Shown here piece after piece: positions 44,120 through 52,547 of a stretch of DNA of 64,000 bases (position 1 is its first letter; each line of letters starts with the position of its first letter). Below the pieces are notes generated by a model, which did not search any database, was not told the origin of the DNA, and was given only the letters and a program-made list of their open reading frames with translations. Location of the stretch: contig LCGL01000001.1 in the NCBI GenBank assembly GCA_000999715.1, forward strand, positions 131,139 through 195,138. Reading direction: 5' to 3'. The stretch comes from Candidatus Falkowbacteria bacterium GW2011_GWF2_43_32 (GTDB lineage: Bacteria; Patescibacteriota; Patescibacteriia; Patescibacteriales; UBA12465). The position numbers and the translations under genes are program-made.

Positions 44120-44161
44120 CTAACTAAAAACATACAGCTTGCGCTGTATGTTTTTAGTTAG
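44120..44161 (-). terminator. 19-bp hairpin directly abutting the tRNA-Ser 3' end (terminator-like)
   Basis: CTAACTAAAAACATACAGC (44120-44138) pairs with GCTGTATGTTTTTAGTTAG (43-61, i.e. 44143-44161) around a TTGC loop. Confidence 0.5.
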
Positions 44162-44252
44162 CGGAGAGGCGGGGATTCGAACCCCGGATAGGAGTTTACA
44201 CTCCTATAACAGGTTAGCAACCTGCCGCTTTCAACCACTCAGCCACCTCTCC
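44162..44252 (-). tRNA. tRNA-Ser (anticodon GCU)
   Basis: The minus strand reads GGAGAGGTGGCTGAGTGGTTGAAAGCGGCAGGTTGCTAACCTGTTATAGGAGTGTAAACTCCTATCCGGGGTTCGAATCCCCGCCTCTCCG. The acceptor is 7 bp, the anticodon loop is TTGCTAA, the variable arm is long, the T loop is TTCGAAT and the discriminator is G. CCA is not encoded. Confidence 0.9.
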
Positions 44253-44377
44253 AAGATTAAACCAAAATAAAAAATTGAAATATCAACAACCCGGTTTTTA
44301 CACCCTAAATATTTCAATCTTCCAACGTTTATGGTATAATCACTATATAAAATATAGTTTAGCTTGTCAAACAAAAT

Positions 44378-44905
44378 ATGCCTCAAAATCAGCCAAACAA
44401 CACCTCTTACATCCGTTGGTCGGTACCGGAATATCGAACGCCGAAACGCGGTCGCAACTGGTATATCTTCGCCGGCCTATTTGTTTTTCTCTGTCTGTTT
44501 TTTTCTTTTTTCTCTCTGCAAGCCTGGCGCTTAACCTTCCTCGGCCCTAACTCCAACTTCCTCTTCGCTTTGATTATCGTCATCGCGGCCGCTATCATGA
44601 TTGTCAATAAAAATCGCCCGCCCCTGATGGTTAATGTCGAGCTCGGCCCGGAAGGCGTCAAAGTCGGACGTCGCTTCTACGATTATGACGATTTCAAAAG
44701 CTTCGCCGTGCTTTATAAGCCGAAACAAAGCCTGAAAAATTTGTATTTTGAACGGAAAAGTTCCGCCAGCCAACGTCTGTCTCTCCCTTTGCGCCATCTG
44801 GACGCTTTAAATGTCAGAAATTTTTTAATCAAGTATCTGGATGAAGATTTGGAAAGAACTAACCCGCCCTTATCCGAACAGTTGACTAAACTTCTGAAAT
44901 TATAA
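44378..44905 (+). CDS. Membrane protein of unknown function (two TM helices plus a small C-terminal domain)
   Basis: The protein is 175 aa. The TM segments are NWYIFAGLFVFLCLFFSFFSL and FLFALIIVIAAAIMIV. Confidence 0.6.
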   Translation: MPQNQPNNTSYIRWSVPEYRTPKRGRNWYIFAGLFVFLCLFFSFFSLQAWRLTFLGPNSNFLFALIIVIAAAIMIVNKNRPPLMVNVELGPEGVKVGRRFYDYDDFKSFAVLYKPKQSLKNLYFERKSSASQRLSLPLRHLDALNVRNFLIKYLDEDLERTNPPLSEQLTKLLKL

Positions 44906-44924
44906 TAAGATAAAGGAAGTTTTA

Positions 44925-44996
44925 GCCTTCATCGTTCAACGGATAGGACGCAAGATTGCGGATCTTGAAATCCAGGTTCGATTCCTGGTGGAGGCA
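44925..44996 (+). tRNA. tRNA-Arg (anticodon GCG)
   Basis: The sequence is GCCTTCATCGTTCAACGGATAGGACGCAAGATTGCGGATCTTGAAATCCAGGTTCGATTCCTGGTGGAGGCA. It folds as acceptor 7 bp (1 G-U), D stem GTTC/GGAC, anticodon stem CAAGA/TCTTG, loop TTGCGGA and T arm CCAGG-TTCGATT-CCTGG. Confidence 0.85.
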
Positions 44997-45020
44997 CTTT
45001 TACCGACGACCCTTAAATTT

Positions 45021-47069
45021 ATGGATTTGCATTCACCCATCATCACATTGCCCCGCGTCGGACAAACAACTTATGCGCTTTTGAAAAAGCTGGGTCTGGA
45101 AACCGTCCATGACCTGCTTTTTTATTTTCCTTTCCGTTATGACGATTTCTCCCGAAGCGTTTCCATCGCCTCTCTGCAGGCGGACACGACCGCCAATGTC
45201 AGCGGCGAAATTGAGCTGATTCAAAACAAAAAAAGTTTCAAACGGCGAATGTCCATTACCGAAGCGTTGATCAAAGACGAAACCGACACGCTGAAAGTCA
45301 TTTGGTTCAATCAACCCTTTCTGACACGCACGCTCAAGGTCGGCGATAAAATTTCCTTGGCCGGACGAGTCAGTGAAAACTACGGACAATTGGCCATGGT
45401 TTCTCCCGTTTATGAAAAAATCTATTCCGACGAGTTGGTCCACACCAGCGGCCTGGTGCCCAATTATCATCTGACGGCCGCTCTGACTCAAAAACAAATT
45501 CGTTTTTTAATCAAACAAATAATCTCTCTGGCCGATACGACGGAAGATTGGTTGCCGACGGAAATAAAAAAGCGTCTCAATCTTTTAGACTTGGGTCGGG
45601 CTCTGCGTCAAATCCATTTTCCCAAAAATCACGCGGAAGTTTTGACGGCGCAACGCCGACTGGCGTTCACGGAATTATTTCTCCGCCAACTGAAAGCGCA
45701 AATGATCAAACGACAACTGCGCGATCGCCGGGCTCTACCGATTAAATTTCAAGAAGCGGCCACCAAAAAATTCGTGGACTCTCTACCTTTTAAACTCACC
45801 GACGACCAACGGAAAGCCGCTTGGGAAATTTTGAAAGATTTGGAAAAGTCCGCTCCCATGAGCCGTCTCTTGGAAGGCGATGTCGGCAGCGGCAAAACTT
45901 TGGTTGTCATCTTGGCCTTATTGAATACGGCCCTGAACAAGCGTCAATCCGCTTTGATGGTGCCGACGGAAATTCTCGCCCAACAACATTTTCATTCCAT
46001 TTCCAAGCTATTGGCGGCCTATAATTTCAACATCGCTTTGGCCACACATCACCGTAAAGATAAGGACTGGCAAAACGCCGACATCGTTATCGGCACGCAA
46101 GCCTTAATTCAAAAGAACATCAAATTCAAAAATTTGGCTCTGGCCGTCATAGACGAACAACATCGTTTCGGGGTCGCGCAACGCAAAAAAATTCTGGAAG
46201 TCGGCCTCACCGACGAGACAACAAAATCCTCGCTGACGCCGCACTTTCTGTCTCTGACCGCCACGCCGATTCCCCGCTCTCTGGCGCTGGCGATTTACGG
46301 CGATCTTGATTTATCCGTCATCAATCAATTGCCGACCGGACGCCAACCGATTATCACTAAAATCGTTACCGAAGCCGGTCGATCGGCCGCTTATGATTTT
46401 ATTCGCGCCCAAATAAAAGCCGGCCGCCAAGCGTTTGTCGTTTGTCCTTTGATTGACGAATCGGACAAACTCGGCGCCAAGTCCGCCAAACAAGAATATG
46501 CCAAATTAACCGCCGACATTTTTCCCGAACTCAAAATCGGCCTCTTGCACGGCCGGTTGAAGGCGCCGGAAAAAGAAAAAGTGATGGCTGACTTTTTGGA
46601 CAATAAACTGCAAGTTTTGGTGACGACGGCGGTCATTGAAGTCGGCGTTGACGTGCCGAACGCGACGATGATGCTGATTGAAGGCGCCGAACGTTTCGGC
46701 CTGGCGCAACTTCATCAGTTCCGCGGCCGAGTCGGTCGCGGCGGTCATCAATCCCACTGTTTTGTTTTCCCCTCCCGGGAAGAAATAAGCAATCTGCAAA
46801 CCATTGAACGCCTGGAAGCTCTCACCAGACATCGCGACGGCTGGGAATTGGCGAAAATAGATTTAAAACTGCGCGGCGCCGGCGAATTGTACGGCACGGG
46901 CCAAAGCGGTTTTCCGGAACTGCAAATCGCCTCCCTGTTTGACTACGCCAACATCAAAAAAGCGGCCGAAGAAGCCAAACTGCTGATTCATGACGATCCG
47001 GAATTGCTAAAATATCCCCGCCTAAAACAACAGCTGGGCAAATGGGAAGAAAATGCTCATTTGGAATAA
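45021..47069 (+). CDS. recG: ATP-dependent DNA helicase RecG
   Basis: The track ORF start at 44988 overlaps the tRNA, so the ATG at 45021 (MDLHSPIITLPRVG) is preferred. The protein has a wedge domain and helicase motifs GDVGSGKT, VIDEQHRFGV and QLHQFRGRVGRG. Confidence 0.9.
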   Translation: MDLHSPIITLPRVGQTTYALLKKLGLETVHDLLFYFPFRYDDFSRSVSIASLQADTTANVSGEIELIQNKKSFKRRMSITEALIKDETDTLKVIWFNQPFLTRTLKVGDKISLAGRVSENYGQLAMVSPVYEKIYSDELVHTSGLVPNYHLTAALTQKQIRFLIKQIISLADTTEDWLPTEIKKRLNLLDLGRALRQIHFPKNHAEVLTAQRRLAFTELFLRQLKAQMIKRQLRDRRALPIKFQEAATKKFVDSLPFKLTDDQRKAAWEILKDLEKSAPMSRLLEGDVGSGKTLVVILALLNTALNKRQSALMVPTEILAQQHFHSISKLLAAYNFNIALATHHRKDKDWQNADIVIGTQALIQKNIKFKNLALAVIDEQHRFGVAQRKKILEVGLTDETTKSSLTPHFLSLTATPIPRSLALAIYGDLDLSVINQLPTGRQPIITKIVTEAGRSAAYDFIRAQIKAGRQAFVVCPLIDESDKLGAKSAKQEYAKLTADIFPELKIGLLHGRLKAPEKEKVMADFLDNKLQVLVTTAVIEVGVDVPNATMMLIEGAERFGLAQLHQFRGRVGRGGHQSHCFVFPSREEISNLQTIERLEALTRHRDGWELAKIDLKLRGAGELYGTGQSGFPELQIASLFDYANIKKAAEEAKLLIHDDPELLKYPRLKQQLGKWEENAHLE

Positions 47070-47084
47070 AAAGTTGGCAAAAAG

Positions 47085-47113
47085 TTGACAGAATTTTTAA
47101 TTTATATTATAAT
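47085..47113 (+). promoter_or_regulatory. Perfect-consensus sigma70 promoter TTGACA-17-TATAAT
   Basis: TTGACA is at 47085-47090 and TATAAT at 47108-47113, with a 17-nt spacer. It lies 42 nt upstream of the 47155 start. Confidence 0.6.
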
Positions 47114-47154
47114 TATTTTAATAAAGTCCTTTTTAATCACCAAAAACCTTAATA

Positions 47155-47448
47155 ATGAAGAAAACGACAATAATGGAAGCTCTAAAGAATGGTTCCCGGG
47201 TCTTGATAGACTCCAGCCGAGCAATTTATACTGCCGGCGGAACGCTCACTCTTCCCTTTATCTCAAAAACGGCATTTGATTTGGGAAAAAAAGATTTTAC
47301 TTTTGCGCATTTTCAAAGTTTTGATTTTGTAAACGAAAATGACAAAAAAATCATTACCGATCTGTTCCGCTCCAGACAAAGAGCCGCCGCTCGGATAAAG
47401 CGAAAAAAAAGAAAAGAGCTCGGAAAATTTCCCGAGTTATACAACTAA
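47155..47448 (+). CDS. Small protein with a strongly basic C-terminus, function unknown
   Basis: The protein is 97 aa and ends RSRQRAAARIKRKKRKELGKFPELYN. It is framed by a consensus promoter and a terminator. Confidence 0.55.
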   Translation: MKKTTIMEALKNGSRVLIDSSRAIYTAGGTLTLPFISKTAFDLGKKDFTFAHFQSFDFVNENDKKIITDLFRSRQRAAARIKRKKRKELGKFPELYN

Positions 47449-47451
47449 AAC

Positions 47452-47480
47452 AAAAAGCAGTTTATTCAACTGCTTTTTTT
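47452..47480. terminator. Bidirectional Rho-independent terminator
   Basis: GCAGTT (47457-47462) pairs with AACTGC (47468-47473). The hairpin is flanked by A5 and T7 and lies between convergent genes. Confidence 0.7.
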
Positions 47481-47501
47481 CTTATTCCGATATTTTAAGC
47501 T

Positions 47502-48851
47502 TTATTTTATAATCTCCACGAGATCGGCCAAATTTTTGATTTTTAATAACTTCAAGCGACCGCCTTTCACGGCAACATTGGGAATAATTGCGGTCGTGAA
47601 TCCCAGCCGTTCCGCTTCCTGAAGGCGCTGTTCCAATTTAAAAACATTTCTGACTTCCGCGCCCAAGCCCACTTCGCCCAGAACCAAAGTCTGTCGATTA
47701 AAATTCTTGTTCAAATAAGAAGAAATAATCGCCGCGCAAGCGGCCAAGTCCAAAGCCGGATCGCTGATTTTCAAACCGCCCACCACATTCAAAATAATAT
47801 CCTGACTGGTCAAATTTATCTTGGTGCGTTTGGTAATTACCGCACTCAAAACCTGAAGCCGATTAAGATCATAGCCGCTGGTTTTTCTTTGCGGATAACC
47901 GAAAACCGTCTTGGTCGCCAAAGCCTGCAAATCGGCCAGAAAAGGACGCGTTCCTTCCATCACGCAACCGATAACCGACCCGGAAATATTTTCTTGATCG
48001 GCTTCCACAAAAACCAGGCTCGGATTTTTTACCTCTTTAAAACCCTGACCGGTCATTTCCAGCACGCCGAGTTCGTTCACCGAACCGAAACGATTTTTCG
48101 TCGTCCGCAAAAGACAATAATTATTGTTGGTTTCGTTTTCCAGATATAAAACCGTGTCCACGATGTGCTCCAAAGATTTCGGGCCGGCCACCGTTCCGTC
48201 TTTGGTGATGTGCCCGATCAGAAAAACGGCAATATTGTTTTCCTTGGCCAGCTCCAAAAACTTGACGGCCGTCGCCCGAATTTGCGCAATATTGCCCGGT
48301 TCGGACGGCACCAGAGCGGAATAAACGGTTTGGATGGAATCAACGATCAAAATCGCCGGTTTTAATTTTAAGGCCGCGGCCACGATTTTTTCCGCATTGG
48401 TTTCGGAAATGAATTTCAAATTATCCAAAGAGCAACCCAAGCGATCCAAACGAGCTTTAACCTGAACGGCCGATTCTTCGCCGCTGACATAAATAGTCGC
48501 ATAATCCCGGCCGACCGCGCCGGCAATCTGCGCCACTAAAGTTGATTTGCCGATACCCGGTTCGCCGCTCAATAAAACCAAAGAACCCGGTACCAAGCCG
48601 CCGCCCAACACCCGGTCAATTTCTCCGATATTCGTTTTCAACCGCATTAAAACAACGGCCGGAATAGTCTTTAAATCGATTACTTCAGCGCCGCCCAGCT
48701 TTTTGACGGCGGCGTTTTTCTCTGTCCGACTGTCCGTGGTTTGTTCTTTCAAGGTTCCCCAGGAACCGCACTCCGAACAACGCCCACTCCATTTAGGGAA
48801 TTGGGCGTCGCAATTGGCGCAAACAAAAATTGTCTTAATATTATTGGCCAT
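47502..48851 (-). CDS. radA: DNA repair protein RadA/Sms
   Basis: The start MANNIKTIFVCANCDAQFPKWSGRCSECGSWGT at 48851 opens with the zinc finger. The Walker A motif is GEPGIGKST, a KNRFG motif is present, and a Lon-like C-terminal domain follows. The longer track ORF to 48938 is rejected. Confidence 0.9.
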   Translation of the reverse strand: MANNIKTIFVCANCDAQFPKWSGRCSECGSWGTLKEQTTDSRTEKNAAVKKLGGAEVIDLKTIPAVVLMRLKTNIGEIDRVLGGGLVPGSLVLLSGEPGIGKSTLVAQIAGAVGRDYATIYVSGEESAVQVKARLDRLGCSLDNLKFISETNAEKIVAAALKLKPAILIVDSIQTVYSALVPSEPGNIAQIRATAVKFLELAKENNIAVFLIGHITKDGTVAGPKSLEHIVDTVLYLENETNNNYCLLRTTKNRFGSVNELGVLEMTGQGFKEVKNPSLVFVEADQENISGSVIGCVMEGTRPFLADLQALATKTVFGYPQRKTSGYDLNRLQVLSAVITKRTKINLTSQDIILNVVGGLKISDPALDLAACAAIISSYLNKNFNRQTLVLGEVGLGAEVRNVFKLEQRLQEAERLGFTTAIIPNVAVKGGRLKLLKIKNLADLVEIIK

Positions 48852-48873
48852 GTCGGTAATTATCTTCGCTTCC

Positions 48874-49491
48874 CTATTTTTCCCAATAAACCTCGTCCGC
48901 CAACCATTCGTCGTCCTCCAAAACAAAACGCAAATCAATCGTTTGAAAATAAGACGTGCCGCCGTTGATCTCTCCCGTGCTCTCGCGCCGTTCGGTGGCG
49001 ACGATTACTTGAGCGGTGCCGGAATTTTCATCAAAACTCTTCGCTTCCGCGGTCAGCGCCCGTGTCGTGATACCGTAATATGAGCCGTCATTTTTGGCCT
49101 GGCTCTTGAGCGTGGCGACATAAGTGTCCACCCAGGTCGCCAAATCATCGGTCATAAAAATTTTCAAATCAATAAAATTGCCGTAAGCGGATTGATTGGA
49201 AAAAGAGCCGAAGCGTTCCGCGAAAGACATGGCCAATTTTTCCAAATCGGCGGCATTGAATTTATGGGCTTTCTCTTGAGAAATATCGTATTCTTGACGA
49301 TTAAGCGGCTTATCGCTCGGCGTCGTCGTGGCCGGCACGGCGGACGGCAGCTGCGCCGTCGTGGCCGCGGGCAAAGTCTCCGCCGACGGCGTCGTTTCTT
49401 TCTTTAAAAAGCCGAAATAAACAATCAGCAAGATAAGGGCCAGACCAAGCAAGATGATTAAAATTCCCAATGTTTTGCGGTTGTTTTGCAT
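48874..49491 (-). CDS. Membrane-anchored protein of unknown function, downstream of the VirB4-like gene
   Basis: The protein is 205 aa with N-terminal TM segment TLGILIILLGLALILLIVYFGF followed by a Thr/Pro/Ala linker. Confidence 0.55.
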   Translation of the reverse strand: MQNNRKTLGILIILLGLALILLIVYFGFLKKETTPSAETLPAATTAQLPSAVPATTTPSDKPLNRQEYDISQEKAHKFNAADLEKLAMSFAERFGSFSNQSAYGNFIDLKIFMTDDLATWVDTYVATLKSQAKNDGSYYGITTRALTAEAKSFDENSGTAQVIVATERRESTGEINGGTSYFQTIDLRFVLEDDEWLADEVYWEK

Positions 49492-49527
49492 ACTTTTATA
49501 TTAAATATTGCGTTTATCGATATCGTC

Positions 49528-51426
49528 TTAGGCCGCTTCTTCCCGCTGGCTTTCTTCAAATTCCTTTTTCGCTTCTTCCAATTCTAACAATTGCCGCGGA
49601 TCGGAAGTAATCAATTGATCTTCGGTATAGGAAGCGACCACTTTCATCGCCACATGTTTATTGCCGGCGAAAAAAATGCCCTCGCCGATTCCGCATTCCA
49701 ACAACAAGTATTTTTCTCCTTCCGTCAGCAAGAAAGTTTTCTGAATCAGGTCAATCGCCGCCGGCGATTGCTTCAACAAAATCTGCAAAGAGGAGTTGGT
49801 GACAATCGCTTGGCCGTAAGGCGAAGTCAAAAAGTCGTTGACGTCCTGCGTGATGGTGGTGACGCCCAAATAGTATTTGCGGCAACGTTTAACCAGCGCA
49901 AAAATGAATTTGGCGCTGTCTTCGTGTTGCATCATCCACCAAGCTTCGTCAATAACCAGGATGCGTTTTTTCATTTCGCTTCTGACCACATTCCAAATAT
50001 AATTGACGATGGTGTAAATGGCAATCGGTCGCAATTCGTCTTCCAAATCCCGCACCGAAAAACAAACCAATTGATTGCTCATGGCCACGTTAGTTTGATT
50101 ATTGAGCAAACCGGCGAAAGTTCCCTCCGTATATTTTCGCAAACGCAAAGCCAAATCCGCGCCACCCTCCATGCCGTCCAAAATTTGTTCAAAATCCGAC
50201 ATAATCGGCGCTTCAATCTTGGTCAAATCGGAATCCGGCGTGATGTCTTTCTTGGCATAAGTTTCCAACAACGCCCGATCGACGATGGAATCTTCGTCAT
50301 AACTCAACTTGCCGAGCATCAACCTGACCAAGCCCTTGAGGGTAATGACGGCACTGCGAATAATGTCTTTCGGCTTGGCCTCTCCGCCGATAGAGCGCGG
50401 CAAATCGAAAGGATTGATTTTATTTTCCGAAGACAAAGAAATATTGATGTAAGTGCCGCCGACCGCTTCCGCCAAATGCTTGTATTCATATTCCGGATCA
50501 ATGACAATCACGTCGGTGCCGAGCATCAAAGAACGCAAAATTTCCAATTTAATGGCATAACTTTTGCCGGCGCCGGAAGTGGCGAAAACGACCGAATTGG
50601 CGTTCTGAAGAGAAAAGCGATCAAAAAGAATCAAACTATTATTGTGACGATTGATGCCGTATAAAATGCCCCGATCGCTGGTCAATTCGCTGGAGATGAA
50701 CGGAAAAGACGAGGCAATCGGCGAAGAATTCATGTTAAAAGTGATATACAATTCATCGTCGCCCAAAGGCAAAGTAGAATTGAAACCTTGTTCCGATTGA
50801 TAATAAACCCGGCGAGAGTAAACCAGGCGCGAACCCAAAATATCTTCCACCGAATCGGACAGACGATCCAGTTCCTCCAGATTTTCCGAATACAAAGTAA
50901 TATACAAAGCGAATTGAAAAAATTTCTCCGTTCCTTGTGTCAGGGCGTCGCGCAAATATTCAATGTCGCGCAAAGCCGTTTCCCGCAAAGGATCGCGAGC
51001 GGCGCCTTTTTCCGCGTCGCTGACAATCTGCGCCTCCAAAGTACCGACTTTGTTTTTCAGTTGTTTTAAAATAATGGCACTCTTGACCGGATAAAAAAAC
51101 ATGGAAACGTCAAAAGTGGAATTCAAATTGATAATCGGCGCGAACCAACCGACGGAAATATAGCGCGGATAGGAAATCACGAATATCGTGCGCAAAAACT
51201 GATTGCCCAAACGAAGGAAATTAGATTCCACTTTCAAGCTGGCCGGAGCGATAACATCGCGTACCGACAGAATGCCGCGACGGAAAGCCTTCTCTTCTTC
51301 AATCACCTCGCGCGTCAATTCCGGATTTTCCTCGATCAAAGGCCCGCCGGCCGGTTTGGGAACGAGAGTAATCGGCGTTTGTAAAGTGATTTTATTCGGT
51401 TGTTCTTCCTTGTTGAAATTAACCAT
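49528..51426 (-). CDS. VirB4/TraE-like type IV secretion ATPase (Gram-positive type)
   Basis: The protein is 632 aa. The Walker A motif is FATSGAGKSYAIK and the Walker B motif is RILVIDEAWWMM. The N-terminal region FLRTIFVISYPRYISVGWF is typical of VirB4-family proteins. Confidence 0.7.
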   Translation of the reverse strand: MVNFNKEEQPNKITLQTPITLVPKPAGGPLIEENPELTREVIEEEKAFRRGILSVRDVIAPASLKVESNFLRLGNQFLRTIFVISYPRYISVGWFAPIINLNSTFDVSMFFYPVKSAIILKQLKNKVGTLEAQIVSDAEKGAARDPLRETALRDIEYLRDALTQGTEKFFQFALYITLYSENLEELDRLSDSVEDILGSRLVYSRRVYYQSEQGFNSTLPLGDDELYITFNMNSSPIASSFPFISSELTSDRGILYGINRHNNSLILFDRFSLQNANSVVFATSGAGKSYAIKLEILRSLMLGTDVIVIDPEYEYKHLAEAVGGTYINISLSSENKINPFDLPRSIGGEAKPKDIIRSAVITLKGLVRLMLGKLSYDEDSIVDRALLETYAKKDITPDSDLTKIEAPIMSDFEQILDGMEGGADLALRLRKYTEGTFAGLLNNQTNVAMSNQLVCFSVRDLEDELRPIAIYTIVNYIWNVVRSEMKKRILVIDEAWWMMQHEDSAKFIFALVKRCRKYYLGVTTITQDVNDFLTSPYGQAIVTNSSLQILLKQSPAAIDLIQKTFLLTEGEKYLLLECGIGEGIFFAGNKHVAMKVVASYTEDQLITSDPRQLLELEEAKKEFEESQREEAA

Positions 51427-51432
51427 ATATAT

Positions 51433-52110
51433 TTATCTTTCCACTCTGATTTTATCCAAGTCCGCCAAATTTTGATTCTTGGCCGTTTCCGGATTGTAAG
51501 TCTTATAGTATAACTCGATCAAACTTTGCGTGTCCAAGCGCGCCGTTGCCACGCCCATGGATTCCATGCCGCCCGCGACGCTGTCAATACGCCTGTCCAA
51601 CATTTCCTGATATTTTTGAAAAGTTTTTTCTTTTAATTTGATAATCGTCGCCGGTCGCAGCGCTTCGGAAAAAAGATTAAAGAAACTCTTATGCTTGTCG
51701 GACAAAGGATTGTAAGGCACGATGACATAAAACCGTTTGTTCATGATTTTACCCAAAGAAGTCAGCTCTTTGATGTATTCGATATAATCGGCGGTCTGCA
51801 CTTTCAACAATTTGTTGATTTGTTCTTTTTCTTTAACCCGCAAATATTCCAAATAATTGTCTATATCCAATTCACGCGATTGAATGACTATTTGCAAAGT
51901 GAAACCCAGATTGTTCAAGAAACGAACATAGGAATCAATGACCGCATTTTGTTCGTCTTCGCTCTTCAAAGAAAAGTTAATGCTGGATACCAGAAGCACG
52001 GCGCGCAAAGTGCCGTCCTTCATAACCACCGTATTGTCTTTAATCTCCGCAATATCCAAATATTGCTGGGTGGACGAGCTTATTTTATTTTTGGTCTGTT
52101 TGTTGGCCAT
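51433..52110 (-). CDS. Hypothetical protein of the T4SS-like cluster
   Basis: The protein is 225 aa and lies between the PrgI-like and VirB4-like genes with 3- and 6-nt gaps. The N-terminus YLDIAEIKDNTVVMKDGTLRAVLLVSSINFSLKSEDEQ weakly resembles VirB4 N-domains. Confidence 0.5.
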   Translation of the reverse strand: MANKQTKNKISSSTQQYLDIAEIKDNTVVMKDGTLRAVLLVSSINFSLKSEDEQNAVIDSYVRFLNNLGFTLQIVIQSRELDIDNYLEYLRVKEKEQINKLLKVQTADYIEYIKELTSLGKIMNKRFYVIVPYNPLSDKHKSFFNLFSEALRPATIIKLKEKTFQKYQEMLDRRIDSVAGGMESMGVATARLDTQSLIELYYKTYNPETAKNQNLADLDKIRVER

Positions 52111-52113
52111 ATA

Positions 52114-52533
52114 TTATTCGCCTTTATATCTTCCTTTAGTGTCCACAATCAGCGCCAATTCCGCCAATCGCGAAGTCTTATATTCTTTTTTAGTCTCCGG
52201 TTCATAACCGGGCTTGATGATATCCAACTTCTCTTCCTGTTCTATGGCCACCAACCGATTATTCCAAACGCGCAGACCCGGACGACGAACGGTTTGAATG
52301 GCATTTAAGACAAACAAATGAAAGGGCTGGCTATTCACTTTAACGAAAGAAAAAACGGCGGCGATTATCGTTATTATAATGGCAATTACCAAAAACAAAG
52401 AAAAATCAAACAAGCGATAACTGATGGCCATAATAATGGCGGCGGCCAGAATAATCAAAAATTGCCGAGTGGTCAACGGACCGATAATCTTGCTTTCCAC
52501 ATCCAGAAATTGTGGCACGGTGAACTGTTGCAT
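52114..52533 (-). CDS. PrgI-family (VirB3-like) small membrane protein
   Basis: The protein is 139 aa. It starts MQQFTVPQFLDVESKIIGPLTTRQFLIILAAAIIMAI and has two TM helices, matching the PrgI-family pattern. Confidence 0.6.
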   Translation of the reverse strand: MQQFTVPQFLDVESKIIGPLTTRQFLIILAAAIIMAISYRLFDFSLFLVIAIIITIIAAVFSFVKVNSQPFHLFVLNAIQTVRRPGLRVWNNRLVAIEQEEKLDIIKPGYEPETKKEYKTSRLAELALIVDTKGRYKGE

Positions 52534-52547
52534 AGATTAAACAAATG

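Noticed and set aside
37859-44178. A CRISPR array or integron as the explanation for the regularly recurring gcggagaggcgggg repeats.
   Set aside because: The spacing is irregular (0.2-1.6 kb) and the intervals contain whole genes. The repeat is simply the 3' end of the adjacent tRNA-Ser. No cas or intI gene is present. Serial tRNA-site integration is the better explanation.
44988-45020. An N-terminal extension of recG in the ORF track (MEALLPTTLKF..). There are analogous extensions of radA (to 48938), the minor pilin (to 21979), the cassette gene (to 39680) and the TolB-like gene (from 31250).
   Set aside because: The extensions overlap a tRNA gene or the preceding gene, or run through structured non-coding sequence. 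Internal ATGs restore canonical N-termini: the zinc finger, the prepilin leader, a signal anchor, and a Shine-Dalgarno-preceded start.
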